Part shown: positions 18,461 through 28,991 of the stretch, in pieces
Layout: every line of letters begins with the position of its first letter
Numbering within the stretch: position 1 is the stretch's first letter
Source: Patescibacteria group bacterium UBA1388
GTDB taxonomy: Bacteria > Patescibacteriota > Microgenomatia > UBA1400 > PJMF01
Assembly: GCA_002305355.1 (NCBI GenBank)
Contig: DBQS01000036.1
Location: 15,612-79,611, forward strand
Reading direction: 5' to 3'
DNA length: 64,000 nucleotides
Notes under the pieces: generated by a model
Databases searched by the model: none
Told to the model about the DNA's origin: nothing
Seen by the model: the letters and a program-made list of their open reading frames with translations, nothing else
Translations under genes and position numbers: made by a program

Positions 18461-19309
18461 TCATTGAAATTGAGTAAGTAGATTGACCAAGTTTTCTCGG
18501 TGGGGTTGGTTAATCAATGGTTGATTAAGCGCGGGAATTTGCTCGTGATAACTGGGCTTATCAACTTGGTAAATAATACCGATAGGAAATTTTTCTTCTT
18601 TTGGTTTGTTAGCGACCTCCAAGGCTTGTTGGTAATCGGCGGGATCATGTGAGGAGTCTAGTTGATATTGATGTTTCAAATAGTACTGAAAAGTGTTGAT
18701 TTTGTTGAAAGTTACGCACGGTTGAAGAATATTAATCATGGAAAATCCTGTATGTTTCATACCGGCAGTGATGAGCTTACTGAGTTCAGGTAAGTTGCCC
18801 GCAAAAGCTTGAGCGACAAAAGTGGCACCTTGAGTGATTGCCAGGGGAAGGGGATAAACTGGTGTTTCGATAATGCCAGTAGGTGTTGATTTCGACTTAT
18901 GTCCTTTTTGGGCTCTGGGAGAAACTTGGCCAGTAGTCAGACCGTAAACGCTATTATCGTGAACTAAAACAGTGATGTCATGATTGCCACGACAAGCGTG
19001 CAAGAAATGATTACCGCCCTCACCATAGATGGCGCCGTCTCCCGCCACGACCAAGACCGGTAGCTGATGATTGGCCAATTTGACTCCCACGGCGTTCGCA
19101 ATTGAACGGCCATGAAGAGTGTGCATGGCGTAAGCATTGACGAAGTCATTCATGTTACCAGAGCAGCCGATATCGAATAAAACAACCAAGCTAGAGGGAT
19201 CGAGTTTTTGCTCAACCAACGAATTGATGATGGCACGACCAATACTCCAATTTCCGCAGCCAGAACACCAAGTGGGTTGGTAGCCGGTTAAGTCTTGTGC
19301 TGTGACCAT
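18461..19309 (-). CDS. 2-oxoacid:ferredoxin oxidoreductase subunit beta (TPP-binding)
   Basis: WCSGCGN, DIGCSG, HTLHGR, GDG..DNSVYGLTTGQ, LQPCVTFN. Confidence 0.93.
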   Translation of the reverse strand: MVTAQDLTGYQPTWCSGCGNWSIGRAIINSLVEQKLDPSSLVVLFDIGCSGNMNDFVNAYAMHTLHGRSIANAVGVKLANHQLPVLVVAGDGAIYGEGGNHFLHACRGNHDITVLVHDNSVYGLTTGQVSPRAQKGHKSKSTPTGIIETPVYPLPLAITQGATFVAQAFAGNLPELSKLITAGMKHTGFSMINILQPCVTFNKINTFQYYLKHQYQLDSSHDPADYQQALEVANKPKEEKFPIGIIYQVDKPSYHEQIPALNQPLINQPHRENLVNLLTQFQ

Positions 19310-19374
19310 GGTTGTCCTTACTCAATTTCGTTGTTGTTCATCAATTAAATAAAATCATTGATATGTTTATTTGA

Positions 19375-21144
19375 CTACTTTAAATGTTTGGTATTTTTTA
19401 CTATTGTTGTTACCGCCGCCGCTATTTCCTCTGGATAAAATGGCCGGCCGTCATATTTCAAAATTTTCTCTTCAATCGTGACCCCAGTCTGTTGTCTTAA
19501 CAATTGGCCAAACTGACCAGTGGCGTTGTTTTCAACTAGCAAATATTGTTTGTCAGCTTTAAATAAGGGGCGAATCTTTTGCTCATCCAGCGGAAAGACA
19601 TGGGTGAAATGAAGGAAAGCAGAATTAATTTTTTTGGCAGCGAGCAGATTGCGCGCCGCTTCAATTGGTCCTTTATTTCCTCCCCAGGACACAAAAACGA
19701 TTTTGGCTTGTTCAAGATCGCCAATCACTTGAGGGAGATGAAAATCTTTTTTCAAGTAGGTGGTCTGCTTCTTGGTACGCTTATCGACTTGCACTATGCG
19801 CGCAGCAGCGTCTTCAGTAGTATGACTATCTGCGAAATGCTCGTAGGAATTAGCTTGATAAAAAATGCCGGGTTGACCAGGAATCAATCTTGGCGAAATT
19901 CCGTCACTCGTGTTAGTGTAACGCAAATAAGGTTTTTGGTTAGTAGACGTAATTGTCTTGCCGCGATCAATTTTCATTTGAGAGGCTTTTTTAATCGTAA
20001 GATAATCTACGCTTCGATGCGACTCAGATAAAAATTTATCCGACATGACGATAACTGGTGTTTGGTATTGGTCAGCCAAGTCAAAGGCTTTGAGAGTTAG
20101 ATCAAGCATTTCTTTGTGGTCTCCTGGGGCAAGGACAATCTTGGGAAACTCGCCATGACCAGCGTGACAAGCAAACAGCAGGTCGCCTTGTTCAGTCCAG
20201 GTGGGCATCCCAGTTGCTGGTCCTGGTCGTTGGCTCAGGAAAACCACGATCGGTAGTTCGGCAATACCGGCGTAGGAAATTGATTCCACCATTAAGGCAA
20301 AACCTCCACCGGAAGTGGCCACTGCTGCGCGTGCTCCAGAAAACGAGGCGCCCAATGCCTCATTAATCACGCCGATTTCATCTTCAGCGTGTCTAACTAC
20401 CATGCCAGTTTGTGATTGCCACCCGGCTAAAGACCCGAGTATAGATGAGGCAGGTGTCATCGGGTAGGCGGCAAAAAACCGACAATCTGCTGCGGCTGCG
20501 CTGAAACTGAAAACTTCGTTACCGGTCATCACTGGAGAAGATAATGTAGGTACTGGTTTTTTGCCGCGTGACAAGACAGGTTTGACCAATTCTTGATATT
20601 GTTGCCACACATAGTCAAAGCCAGCTTGCGCGCACTCAATGTTTTTATTTGCTACTGCAGCGGACTTTTTACCAAATTGGTCAGTAATCATTTGGTGTAC
20701 CAGCTTGATCTCACCGTCAAGCAGCGCCACACTCGCCCCCAAAGCGATCATGTTGAGCATGATGCGGTCGGCTTTTAAGTCTACAAGGATTTCTTGGAGG
20801 GGTAGAGCAATTTTTGTGGATTTTGTTTTTGGTTCAAACTGTTTGGGATCAAACACTACTAAAGTATCTTTGTGGAATCGATGCTGGTGGTGCAGAAAAG
20901 TTTTTTCGTCTAAACACACAAGGCAGTCTATTAATTGTTTGCTAGCAGTTGGTTGATCAAGATTTATTAATACCTCCACAGTATTATGTCCACCTTGAAT
21001 CAGCGACGGATATTCTGAATAGTCAAAAATGTCTAGTCCTGACCGGGTTGCTATTTTACTCATTGCCAAGCTTGTTACCATCACTCCTTGGCCGGCTGGT
21101 GCGCCAATTTTCCATAAAAAGGGTAATGTGGCCTGGTTAGTCAT
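19375..21144 (-). CDS. 2-oxoacid:acceptor oxidoreductase subunit alpha (gamma-alpha fusion)
   Basis: GAPAGQGV, YPSLIQGGH, AYPMTPAS, AEDEI, ATSGGGF, RPGPATGMPT, VENNATGQ. Confidence 0.93.
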   Translation of the reverse strand: MTNQATLPFLWKIGAPAGQGVMVTSLAMSKIATRSGLDIFDYSEYPSLIQGGHNTVEVLINLDQPTASKQLIDCLVCLDEKTFLHHQHRFHKDTLVVFDPKQFEPKTKSTKIALPLQEILVDLKADRIMLNMIALGASVALLDGEIKLVHQMITDQFGKKSAAVANKNIECAQAGFDYVWQQYQELVKPVLSRGKKPVPTLSSPVMTGNEVFSFSAAAADCRFFAAYPMTPASSILGSLAGWQSQTGMVVRHAEDEIGVINEALGASFSGARAAVATSGGGFALMVESISYAGIAELPIVVFLSQRPGPATGMPTWTEQGDLLFACHAGHGEFPKIVLAPGDHKEMLDLTLKAFDLADQYQTPVIVMSDKFLSESHRSVDYLTIKKASQMKIDRGKTITSTNQKPYLRYTNTSDGISPRLIPGQPGIFYQANSYEHFADSHTTEDAAARIVQVDKRTKKQTTYLKKDFHLPQVIGDLEQAKIVFVSWGGNKGPIEAARNLLAAKKINSAFLHFTHVFPLDEQKIRPLFKADKQYLLVENNATGQFGQLLRQQTGVTIEEKILKYDGRPFYPEEIAAAVTTIVKNTKHLK

Positions 21145-21204
21145 AATACTAATCTTAATTTTCAGTCAATTTTATTTGACACGAGCGCACTGTAATTACT
21201 GTAA

Positions 21205-21648
21205 TTATAGCGTCTTTCCCCATCTTAGAATTTCTTCATTTGCTGTTTGTTCGTTCATAAAATATTGGTCAATTTTTAGCGGTTGACCAACTAATTTTCC
21301 ACCAATTTTTTCAATCCATTGAGTTAAATAATCAACTGCACCACAAAATTTATTGTAGTTGGAATCACCTAAACCAAGGATGGCGAAAGCCTGGTCATTA
21401 AACTTGGCCTCGCCAAATTTATCAATCATCATCATAAAATCATCATGTGGCATGCCTTCTTGGCCGCCATAATCCCAAGATGGACTTGCTAAAATGACCA
21501 ATTCAAATGATTCAAAATCGCTCGGTTGGGTTTCAAGAGCCATTTTAAGCTTTACTTCATGACCTGCTTGCTGTAATACTTGCTCCAAAGCTTGAGCAGC
21601 CATCATCGTGCTACCTGAATAAGTGGCGTATATGATCAATGTTTTCAT
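21205..21648 (-). CDS. Flavodoxin
   Basis: IIYATYSGST, ASPSWDYG, LGLGDSNYNKFCGA. True start ATG 21648; the ORF-track extension overlaps the upstream gene. Confidence 0.9.
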   Translation of the reverse strand: MKTLIIYATYSGSTMMAAQALEQVLQQAGHEVKLKMALETQPSDFESFELVILASPSWDYGGQEGMPHDDFMMMIDKFGEAKFNDQAFAILGLGDSNYNKFCGAVDYLTQWIEKIGGKLVGQPLKIDQYFMNEQTANEEILRWGKTL

Positions 21649-21712
21649 AGAGGTATGATACTTCGTCTTCTTACACAATGCTACTTGGATTGAGATTATC
21701 GGGCTAAGTATC

Positions 21713-22372
21713 CTATAAGTAAAATGGCTCACCATGGCCGGGATAAGTAAGAGCATTGGGAGCCAATTGACGTATTCGGTCAATTGATTTAAACAACTGA
21801 CCACGACGGCTGTATTGGAAATCTGTTCTACCAAATCCATCTTTAAAAATAACGTCACCAGCAAATAAAATTTGATTATTAGTGGTCAAATTAGCCTCAT
21901 TATGGTTTGGGTTAAAATCGGGCGAAAAAAGCAGAGTGCAACTGCCCGGCGTATGACCGGGTGAATGGATGACTTGAAACGAAATTTGTCCGAAACTAAT
22001 GATCTGACCGTCCACTAGCTGGCGATCAGCGGGCGGCACGGGATCGGCAGAGAGTTTAGTCCAATGCTCAGCCGAAGCTTGAGCTTTTTTGATTAAGAAA
22101 TTATCAGATGGGTGTAAATAAATTGGGATATCAAAGGCAAGTTTGACAGATAAACAACCAAGCACATGATCAAAATGTCCGTGAGTCAAGATAATTGCCA
22201 AAGGATGAAGCTGTCGAGTAAGCACTTCTTCTACAATTGTTTCTCCATCATCAGCGGGATCAATAATAATCGCATCGAGTGTTTTTACACAATTCACTAG
22301 ATAGCAGTTAGTTTGTAGCGCTCCCAGAGTAAGAGTGTTGATTTGCACTTTGTCAGTCAATTTGTCAGTCAT
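21713..22372 (-). CDS. MBL-fold metallo-hydrolase (glyoxalase II/YcbL-like)
   Basis: THGHFDH, PGHTPG, AGD, PGHG. Confidence 0.92.
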   Translation of the reverse strand: MTDKLTDKVQINTLTLGALQTNCYLVNCVKTLDAIIIDPADDGETIVEEVLTRQLHPLAIILTHGHFDHVLGCLSVKLAFDIPIYLHPSDNFLIKKAQASAEHWTKLSADPVPPADRQLVDGQIISFGQISFQVIHSPGHTPGSCTLLFSPDFNPNHNEANLTTNNQILFAGDVIFKDGFGRTDFQYSRRGQLFKSIDRIRQLAPNALTYPGHGEPFYL

Positions 22373-22422
22373 TGCAATTGGCAAAATGGGCGTGTCGATT
22401 TTCCCTATCTATCGATTAGTGT

Positions 22423-23088
22423 TTAAATTAGGCCAATCACAAACGTGGCCAACTGTAAGTACCAACTAGAAATGAAAGTAATAACTGGCGAGATAAGTGT
22501 AGAGACCGCACTAGTGCCGTTGACTAAGGGTAGAATGAGTGCAATTAAAACAAATGTGCCATAACGCCTCATAAAGTCGTCATATTCCAATGCTAATTCC
22601 GCTGGCAATAAGGCGACGGCAATTTTTCCACCGTCAAGAGGATGGATGGGAACTAGATTAAAAACCGCCAACATAATATTGTAGAAAATCGAGTAAAGCA
22701 GGATTGTACTTAGTACTGGCTCAGAAATTCCAAATCCAATACCCAGTGGTAGCATCACCGATAATACTAATGCCAACAATAAATTAGCAGCAGGCCCGGC
22801 GAAAGCAATCAACGCTGCCTCTTTAGTAGGATTTTTGAGATTGAAAGGATCAAACATAACTGGTTTTCCCCAACCGAAACCGATCATGAATATCATCAAA
22901 GTGCCAATAGGGTCAAGATGTGCTTTGGGATTGAGAGTGACTCTGCCCTGAGAGCGGGGAGTTGGGTCACCCAAATGATCAGCCATCCAGGCATGAGCAA
23001 ACTCATGGACAGTAATTGCGGCAATTAGGATCACCGCAATCAGGGCGAAAAGAAGTGGACTTGTGCTGAGGAGTGATATTAAACCCAT
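22423..23088 (-). CDS. Site-2 protease (M50 family)
   Basis: HEFAH, AGPAAN, FNLVPIHPLDGG. Likely start ATG 23088 after TGATATAAT. Confidence 0.93.
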   Translation of the reverse strand: MGLISLLSTSPLLFALIAVILIAAITVHEFAHAWMADHLGDPTPRSQGRVTLNPKAHLDPIGTLMIFMIGFGWGKPVMFDPFNLKNPTKEAALIAFAGPAANLLLALVLSVMLPLGIGFGISEPVLSTILLYSIFYNIMLAVFNLVPIHPLDGGKIAVALLPAELALEYDDFMRRYGTFVLIALILPLVNGTSAVSTLISPVITFISSWYLQLATFVIGLI

Positions 23089-23221
23089 AACGTTCCCCAT
23101 TATATCAGCCTTGAATTTTGTGCAAACTAGCAAGCACTTCCTTGAGGGCAAGACCTGAGTTTTGCGTTTCTTGAGGCAAAATGTTACAATTACGCTTCTT
23201 CTAAAAATTTATTGAGGACAT

Positions 23222-23440
23222 ATGGCATCATTTAGTTTTAAATTTCCGCGTACCGCCCACATTGGTCACAATGTGTCTCATGCTAAGAACAGAACCAAGC
23301 GCGCATTCAAGTATAATTTGCATACCGTGACAGTGATGATTGATGGTCAAAAGCAACGGATGAAAGTGCCAACTAAGATTTTGCGAATGTTAAAAAAATC
23401 TGGCAAAACTACTCATTTCACATCTGCTCAAGCCGAGTAG
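23222..23440 (+). CDS. rpmB: 50S ribosomal protein L28
   Basis: GHNVSHAKNRTKRAFKYNLH. Confidence 0.92.
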   Translation: MASFSFKFPRTAHIGHNVSHAKNRTKRAFKYNLHTVTVMIDGQKQRMKVPTKILRMLKKSGKTTHFTSAQAE

Positions 23441-23605
23441 CTTCTCCAATTGGTTTTCAATTGAAAAACAATCTTCCGATAATTTTCCAGCTACTTTATG
23501 GGGATTGAACTTTAGGTCAAAGTTTAAAAATTAAGGTTGAGATCAATAATAATGAAATTAAAATTGAGATTAAAACCCTGAAAATTTTTAAGCGATTGTT
23601 GGCAG

Positions 23606-24619
23606 CTACTTTTGTACCACAATATTTTTACATTCAGCCCATCGAGCGGGATTTTTACCTTCAATTTGGACATCATCAAGTACCAGCTGTAAGGGAACAT
23701 CTTGATCAAGATGGCAACTTAAAATTTTCATTCTTAACTCCGCATGTGGAGTAGGTATTTTCGTCCACAAACCTGGCCATGGATAAAGGGCACGACAAGC
23801 ATGTTCAAGCATGGCGGCGCAACTACTGTGAGCGGCACGCGCCGTAACTAGTAACGAAGACATTTGCTCTGGTCCTAATTCCGCACATTTTACCCGCTGG
23901 CCATTAATGATTTGAGAAAGAACTTGCCAATTTACAAAACCGTCTGCACGATTTAATTGGCGGGCAGTCATGGTGGGTGATTGATCAGGTTGGGGAATTG
24001 GTGAGAGCTGACCTTGAGCAAGTAGGTCTAGAAGATCTGGCAATTTATTTTGGATCAGAGCAAAAGCAAAATCATAATAATCTCCCTGGTTCCAGGTTGG
24101 CAGTACTTCAAATGGTAACTTGGTGATCAAATCACCCTGATCTAATTTTTCATTCGGTACCATTAAGCTGATGGCAGAATTTTTTTCTCCATAAAGAATA
24201 GCAAACTGGGCTGGAGAACTTCCACGCCAACGAGGTAAATCTGAGGGATGAATATTTAACGGGTAGATACGGGTGTATTTTAATAACCACTTTGGAACAA
24301 GATATCCAAAGTCAACGATCAATAAAAAATCTGGCTTTGGTTGAGCAGTAATTTGGTTTTTAATGGAGTCATCGATTTTATTATTTACGAGTATTGAAGT
24401 AAGTTGTTGTTTTTCTGCAAACTGATGTAGGGGAGTGGGGGTCGGCACTTTTTGTTTGCCTCTGATTTTTGGTTGAGAAGTCATCAGCCATCCCAATTCA
24501 AAACGCTTGTCTTGAAGCAAGCTTTGAGCACACAACACAGTGCGACTAGTAGATCCAGCTACCGCTACCAGGTACGGCTGGTCCATTTGTTGACCATCTT
24601 TTTTCCGTTGATTAACCAT
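23606..24619 (-). CDS. fmt: Methionyl-tRNA formyltransferase
   Basis: VDFG, NIHPSDLPRWRGSSP, LDQGD, RALYPWPG; adjacent to def. Confidence 0.88.
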   Translation of the reverse strand: MVNQRKKDGQQMDQPYLVAVAGSTSRTVLCAQSLLQDKRFELGWLMTSQPKIRGKQKVPTPTPLHQFAEKQQLTSILVNNKIDDSIKNQITAQPKPDFLLIVDFGYLVPKWLLKYTRIYPLNIHPSDLPRWRGSSPAQFAILYGEKNSAISLMVPNEKLDQGDLITKLPFEVLPTWNQGDYYDFAFALIQNKLPDLLDLLAQGQLSPIPQPDQSPTMTARQLNRADGFVNWQVLSQIINGQRVKCAELGPEQMSSLLVTARAAHSSCAAMLEHACRALYPWPGLWTKIPTPHAELRMKILSCHLDQDVPLQLVLDDVQIEGKNPARWAECKNIVVQK

Positions 24620-24688
24620 TTATTTCTCTATCAATACTGCATGCTAGTTATTAATGAATGAGGCAAATGTTTGTCTGATAAATGTCAT

Positions 24689-25240
24689 TTATAAAATATC
24701 TACAATGCTTGGTTCAAGCTGATTTAACTTTTTGGTATTTTTATCTTCCTGATAGAGGGGGAGATCTAAGCGCTTGGTGTAATCAATGAATAAAACACCG
24801 TTCAGATGATCAAACTCGTGTTGTACCACCCTGGCAGCAAAGTCATCAAAGATTTCTATCTGTGAGACTAGATCGTTGCCAGAGATAGTTTGAAACTGAA
24901 GTTTGATTGTGCCATAGCGCGGTACCGGACCGTAAATTCCAGGAATAGATAAACAACCCTCTAGATAAGGATCGTCTTTTTTTGGTCCTAAAGTTGTTTT
25001 GTTGTCATGGTCAATAATCTCTGGGTTGATAAATGCTCGAAGTTGGTGGTCAAGAAGTGTGGCAAAAATTCGCCTTTTGGCGTTGACTTGAGTGGCAGCT
25101 AATCCCACTCCTTGAGGATTGGAGGCTTGCTGCAAGGTATTTTTTAAGTCTTGAATGAATTTACGAAGTTGTTTATCTACTGTGACAACTGGTTGGGCAA
25201 TAGTGCGGAGAGAAGGGTGGGGATGAGTAATAATTTTCAT
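24689..25240 (-). CDS. def: Peptide deformylase
   Basis: GVGLAATQV, EGCLSIP, QHEFDHLNG. Confidence 0.96.
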   Translation of the reverse strand: MKIITHPHPSLRTIAQPVVTVDKQLRKFIQDLKNTLQQASNPQGVGLAATQVNAKRRIFATLLDHQLRAFINPEIIDHDNKTTLGPKKDDPYLEGCLSIPGIYGPVPRYGTIKLQFQTISGNDLVSQIEIFDDFAARVVQHEFDHLNGVLFIDYTKRLDLPLYQEDKNTKKLNQLEPSIVDIL

Positions 25241-25261
25241 GATGTTGAGTAAATTTTCACG

Positions 25262-27493
25262 TTATGATGATAGTTGAAGTTGAGCAGAAATGGAGGCCAA
25301 AAGATCTAAAGCGAGCTGATTATCTGGAGAAATGTTTGCTAAGATGTATTTCAATTGCTCAGCAGCTTCTTCAAGTTGATTGTTTTCGTAGTATGCGACC
25401 GCTAATTGATAATGTGCTACTTCATAGTCTGGTTTAAGGTTTACAGCTTGTTGTAAATGATCCAGTCCCTGGTCTATTTGCTGCAAACTAATTTCGATTA
25501 GTCCCAAATTATACAATATTTTTGGATCAGTGGAGGATAACTTTTGAGCAATTTCCATTGCTTCAGCGGCTTTAACCAAATATTTGGGGTCTAGTTGGGA
25601 AAGGGTAATAAATGTTCTGGCGCGAGTTTTATAAAAATTAAGTTGATGGGGGTTGAGTTTCATAACTGCCTCACTGCTTTGTTCAGCAGCAGTTGCAAAT
25701 TGTTGCGCCTCTTCCGGTTTTTCACTCTGGGCGAGGTTAATCGCGGCCGTCGCGAAAACGGTGGCCAACTGATCATAGTAGGTTGCTTCATATTTATTAA
25801 GCTCAATAGCACGGTAGAGACTAGTGATGGCGGCTTCGGGCTGGCCGGCAGCGGCAGCAGATTTTCCTTGAGAGTAAGCCAGATCAGCCTGCCAGTAGCG
25901 TAGGGTGGCGCTGAGACTCAGTAAGCCGGCCAGCCCTGCCGCGCTCATTAATAATATTTGTGTCAGATTAAGTCCTCGGTGTGATGTTTTATCTTCAGGC
26001 CATTCATAAATAGGTTGGTTGATTAAAACCATCACTGCCATGAAAAGGTACATTAAAATGGTGACCATTACCGTAGAAAATCCAAAAAAATTTGAGAGAC
26101 TGAGGGCTGCCACGCCAGCGAGCACTCCCGCTGACAATAGCTGCATATGCTGATCGGAGGTTGGCACATGAGGTTGAAAAATTTTAATCAGACTAAAAAT
26201 CCCGAACCAACCGAGTAATAACAAGTAGCTCGCTAACCCAACTGCGCCACTAGTTGCTAAATAATTTAGAAATTCATTGTGCGCTTTATTGTATAAAAAA
26301 TCCCATTCTGAGACAAAATTGTGATCAACTGGTCGGTCGAGATAATAACTATAAGCGAAAGTTTCCAGACCCGAACCGAAAATTGGATAACGCTGCCAGA
26401 TTTTTATCGCTCCGCTCCACACAATTTTTCTAATCTCGCCGGAATCTGTCCCTCCGGTTTCCAACCGGTTGACAACCGGCATAGACTCGGTATCCGTCGC
26501 GACCTGATTAGTCTGACTGGTATTCCACTTGAGGGTTGGGGTATAAGGAGCATCAATCAGTACCGTCATCAATAAGCAAATACTGATTACCACTGAAAGG
26601 AGCTGCCACCGCTGTTTTATCAGAGAAATAAGCATCTTTTGGCGTTTTAAAATCCATAGCAATAACACAAAGAGAATGGTTAATCCCAACCCTAACCCTA
26701 AAATACCAGACCTAGATTTAGTAAATAATAGGGTGGCAAACATCAAAATAAGTGATCCAGCATAGAGCCATCGCAACCGTTGTTTTCGATTGATTAACGT
26801 GAACACCGCTCCAACCGGAATCAGCGTGATGAGATAAGCCGCGAGCCAATTTGGTTGACCGAAGCTGGCAAAAACGCGGTTTTGCACATCCTGAACCCAG
26901 CAATTGACTCCAAAAGAAGTGCCTTTAGTGGCGAGCCAGCAGCTAATGGAATGACCAAAGTGTTCAAGACTAGCATAAACAGAAGTCAAAACTGCAGCGA
27001 GAAAGGTGGTTAAAAACAAACTTGGAAGATGTTTTTTTTGAATATTGGTTACAAAAGCATAATAAAGTGCCACATAAGTGATAATAGATAGTAATCCACC
27101 GTGAAAACGCGAGTAGTACCCAAATAGAGAAGTATAAGGATGGAGTGAAAAAATAGTAGCCAGCAATTGAGACAGCAAAAAAACCACGATGGGAATATCC
27201 AGTGGCGTACGACGAAAGACAAACTGTTTAGCGGCAATCATTTTTACCACCCAGGCTAATATGATGATAATTGCTAAGGCATAAGTGAGCACCATCTTGT
27301 TAAACTCAAAGAGCTCACTGGTGTTAAACCAGAAAAATAAAGGTACCATCAAAAGAAGCGCATGAAAGCTTGTTACCAAAGTAGCTTGGGACCACTGCAA
27401 CAAACCGGACTCTTGATGATTGTGAAGAGCAGCGGCAGATTTAGTTTGAGTTGGTTGTTGACGCGCTAGTTTGCGGCGATGTTTTTTTGACAC
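25262..27493 (-). CDS. O-antigen ligase/OTase family protein with C-terminal TPR repeats
   Basis: FGQPNWLAAY, FTKSRSG, PIFGSG, KAHNEFLNYLATSG; TPR-like C-terminus. Confidence 0.88.
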   Translation of the reverse strand: MSKKHRRKLARQQPTQTKSAAALHNHQESGLLQWSQATLVTSFHALLLMVPLFFWFNTSELFEFNKMVLTYALAIIIILAWVVKMIAAKQFVFRRTPLDIPIVVFLLSQLLATIFSLHPYTSLFGYYSRFHGGLLSIITYVALYYAFVTNIQKKHLPSLFLTTFLAAVLTSVYASLEHFGHSISCWLATKGTSFGVNCWVQDVQNRVFASFGQPNWLAAYLITLIPVGAVFTLINRKQRLRWLYAGSLILMFATLLFTKSRSGILGLGLGLTILFVLLLWILKRQKMLISLIKQRWQLLSVVISICLLMTVLIDAPYTPTLKWNTSQTNQVATDTESMPVVNRLETGGTDSGEIRKIVWSGAIKIWQRYPIFGSGLETFAYSYYLDRPVDHNFVSEWDFLYNKAHNEFLNYLATSGAVGLASYLLLLGWFGIFSLIKIFQPHVPTSDQHMQLLSAGVLAGVAALSLSNFFGFSTVMVTILMYLFMAVMVLINQPIYEWPEDKTSHRGLNLTQILLMSAAGLAGLLSLSATLRYWQADLAYSQGKSAAAAGQPEAAITSLYRAIELNKYEATYYDQLATVFATAAINLAQSEKPEEAQQFATAAEQSSEAVMKLNPHQLNFYKTRARTFITLSQLDPKYLVKAAEAMEIAQKLSSTDPKILYNLGLIEISLQQIDQGLDHLQQAVNLKPDYEVAHYQLAVAYYENNQLEEAAEQLKYILANISPDNQLALDLLASISAQLQLSS

Positions 27494-27741
27494 AATATCA
27501 TACTAACATTACTCGATACTTGATAAATTTTGCTTAAAAATTATCAGGCTTGGTTAAAAAACAAGCCAGATTTTGATAGCAGATTTGATAACAGCAGTAT
27601 AACATCTCACTAACGTATCCTACTTAATTTGCTAACCAAAAAGATACTCATTTTCTTACAATTGATGAATTCTCGAGTAGAAGCGAGTCTTGAGGTCTAA
27701 CCATCTTTTAGTGTACACTTAATTTGTAACCAACCTTAGTT

Positions 27742-28836
27742 ATGTTAGGTATTGTTATGAATGATGACTCCTCACTCAACCAAAAGTCACACTATGTGGA
27801 TGCATATCAGCCTCCAAACCAACCGTCTGGCTCACCCGTTAATAAAGCTGCAGGACAAACCTCAAGTCAGTCCACTGATCAGTTTTCAGGGCAGCACTCT
27901 ACTGGTCAGTCAACAACTGGTCGAGTAACTGATCAACCGGTGGTTTCGCCGTCTGCGCAACCTCTTGATGAGCCCTCTGATCAGTTCACTACCCAATCGT
28001 CTGATCAACCTGTTGACGAACTTACTGATCAATTGACAAGCCAACCATTTGATCAATCTCCTGACAAATTTAATGATCAGTCAGCTCAATCACCAATTCA
28101 AAAAACAAATCAATCAGAGGACCAATTACCTAATCAAACATCAGACCAACTTAGTAGAGAAGAGTTGTTGGATCAATTTTCCACGCAACCCGCTGATCAA
28201 TCTCCAACCCAGCAAGACAACGAGTTTTCTACTCAATCTCCCAATCAGGTATCGGAGAGTAAACCACTTCATCAATCTGTCGATCGATCTCCAGAAGACC
28301 AACCTTCTCTTCAATCAGCAGCAGATGACATAGTTTCAGATCCAAAATTGCCCTCCCTTGATGATGGAAAAGTGTCTTCTGCCACCGCAACATCCAATTC
28401 AGAAGCTCTTGAAGACCAAAATATTTTCTTTTTATTAGGGGTAAGTGATGGTTCAAACGAGCAGAAAGAATCTTTTTTAGACGAACTGCAGGAAGTGATT
28501 TGGGAGGATTTTTTGGAGTATGATGTCAAATTGTTAATCACCAACGATGAACAACAGCAATTACAGCAATTGTTGAGCTCAAATCAAGGTTCTGAAGAGC
28601 AACGTCAAGAAGCAGTTGTGCAATTTCTGGAGAAGTTGATTCCTGATCTTGAAGAGATCATGCTTGAAAAAGCGATGGAGTTAAAGGCAGAAATGGTGCG
28701 AGAACGGGCTTCCGGTTTGCGCACTTATTATGCAGACAACGCCCAAAAATTAAATCGCGTTGGAGATGCTGAAAAATTAATGGATGAAAATAAATGGTAT
28801 TCGGCAGCTCACTTAATGAATAGTTTGGCCGCTTAG
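27742..28836 (+). CDS. Hypothetical protein: disordered DQ-repeat N-terminus plus acidic helical C-terminal domain (DUF5663-like)
   Basis: S/Q/D/P-rich repeats, then LEDQNIFFLLGV...LIPDLEEIMLEKA. Confidence 0.75.
   Translation: MLGIVMNDDSSLNQKSHYVDAYQPPNQPSGSPVNKAAGQTSSQSTDQFSGQHSTGQSTTGRVTDQPVVSPSAQPLDEPSDQFTTQSSDQPVDELTDQLTSQPFDQSPDKFNDQSAQSPIQKTNQSEDQLPNQTSDQLSREELLDQFSTQPADQSPTQQDNEFSTQSPNQVSESKPLHQSVDRSPEDQPSLQSAADDIVSDPKLPSLDDGKVSSATATSNSEALEDQNIFFLLGVSDGSNEQKESFLDELQEVIWEDFLEYDVKLLITNDEQQQLQQLLSSNQGSEEQRQEAVVQFLEKLIPDLEEIMLEKAMELKAEMVRERASGLRTYYADNAQKLNRVGDAEKLMDENKWYSAAHLMNSLAA
27875..28310 (+). repeat. Degenerate ~24-bp (8-aa, DQxxxxxx) tandem repeats in coding sequence
   Basis: DQFTTQSS DQPVDELT DQLTSQPF DQSPDKFN DQ..., with recurrent TGATCA at the DNA level. 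Confidence 0.7.
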
Positions 28837-28991
28837 GAATTTTTTGTTTGAAAAATCTTGAATGAGATACATTGTCGGTGTTTGTTTGTGTTGCCTAGAC
28901 AAATTGAGCAGGACGTTGATATGCAGGCTTCAATTTTTTATCGGCAGGCATTCTTGTGTTGGTCTGGTAGGTGTGTTATACATTAGCTGCG

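Noticed and set aside
21649-21864. N-terminal extension of flavodoxin in the ORF track
   Set aside because: It overlaps the MBL hydrolase gene; the flavodoxin fold begins at ATG 21648.
27875-28310. CRISPR array
   Set aside because: Repeats are short, degenerate, in-frame coding units with no unique spacers and no cas genes.
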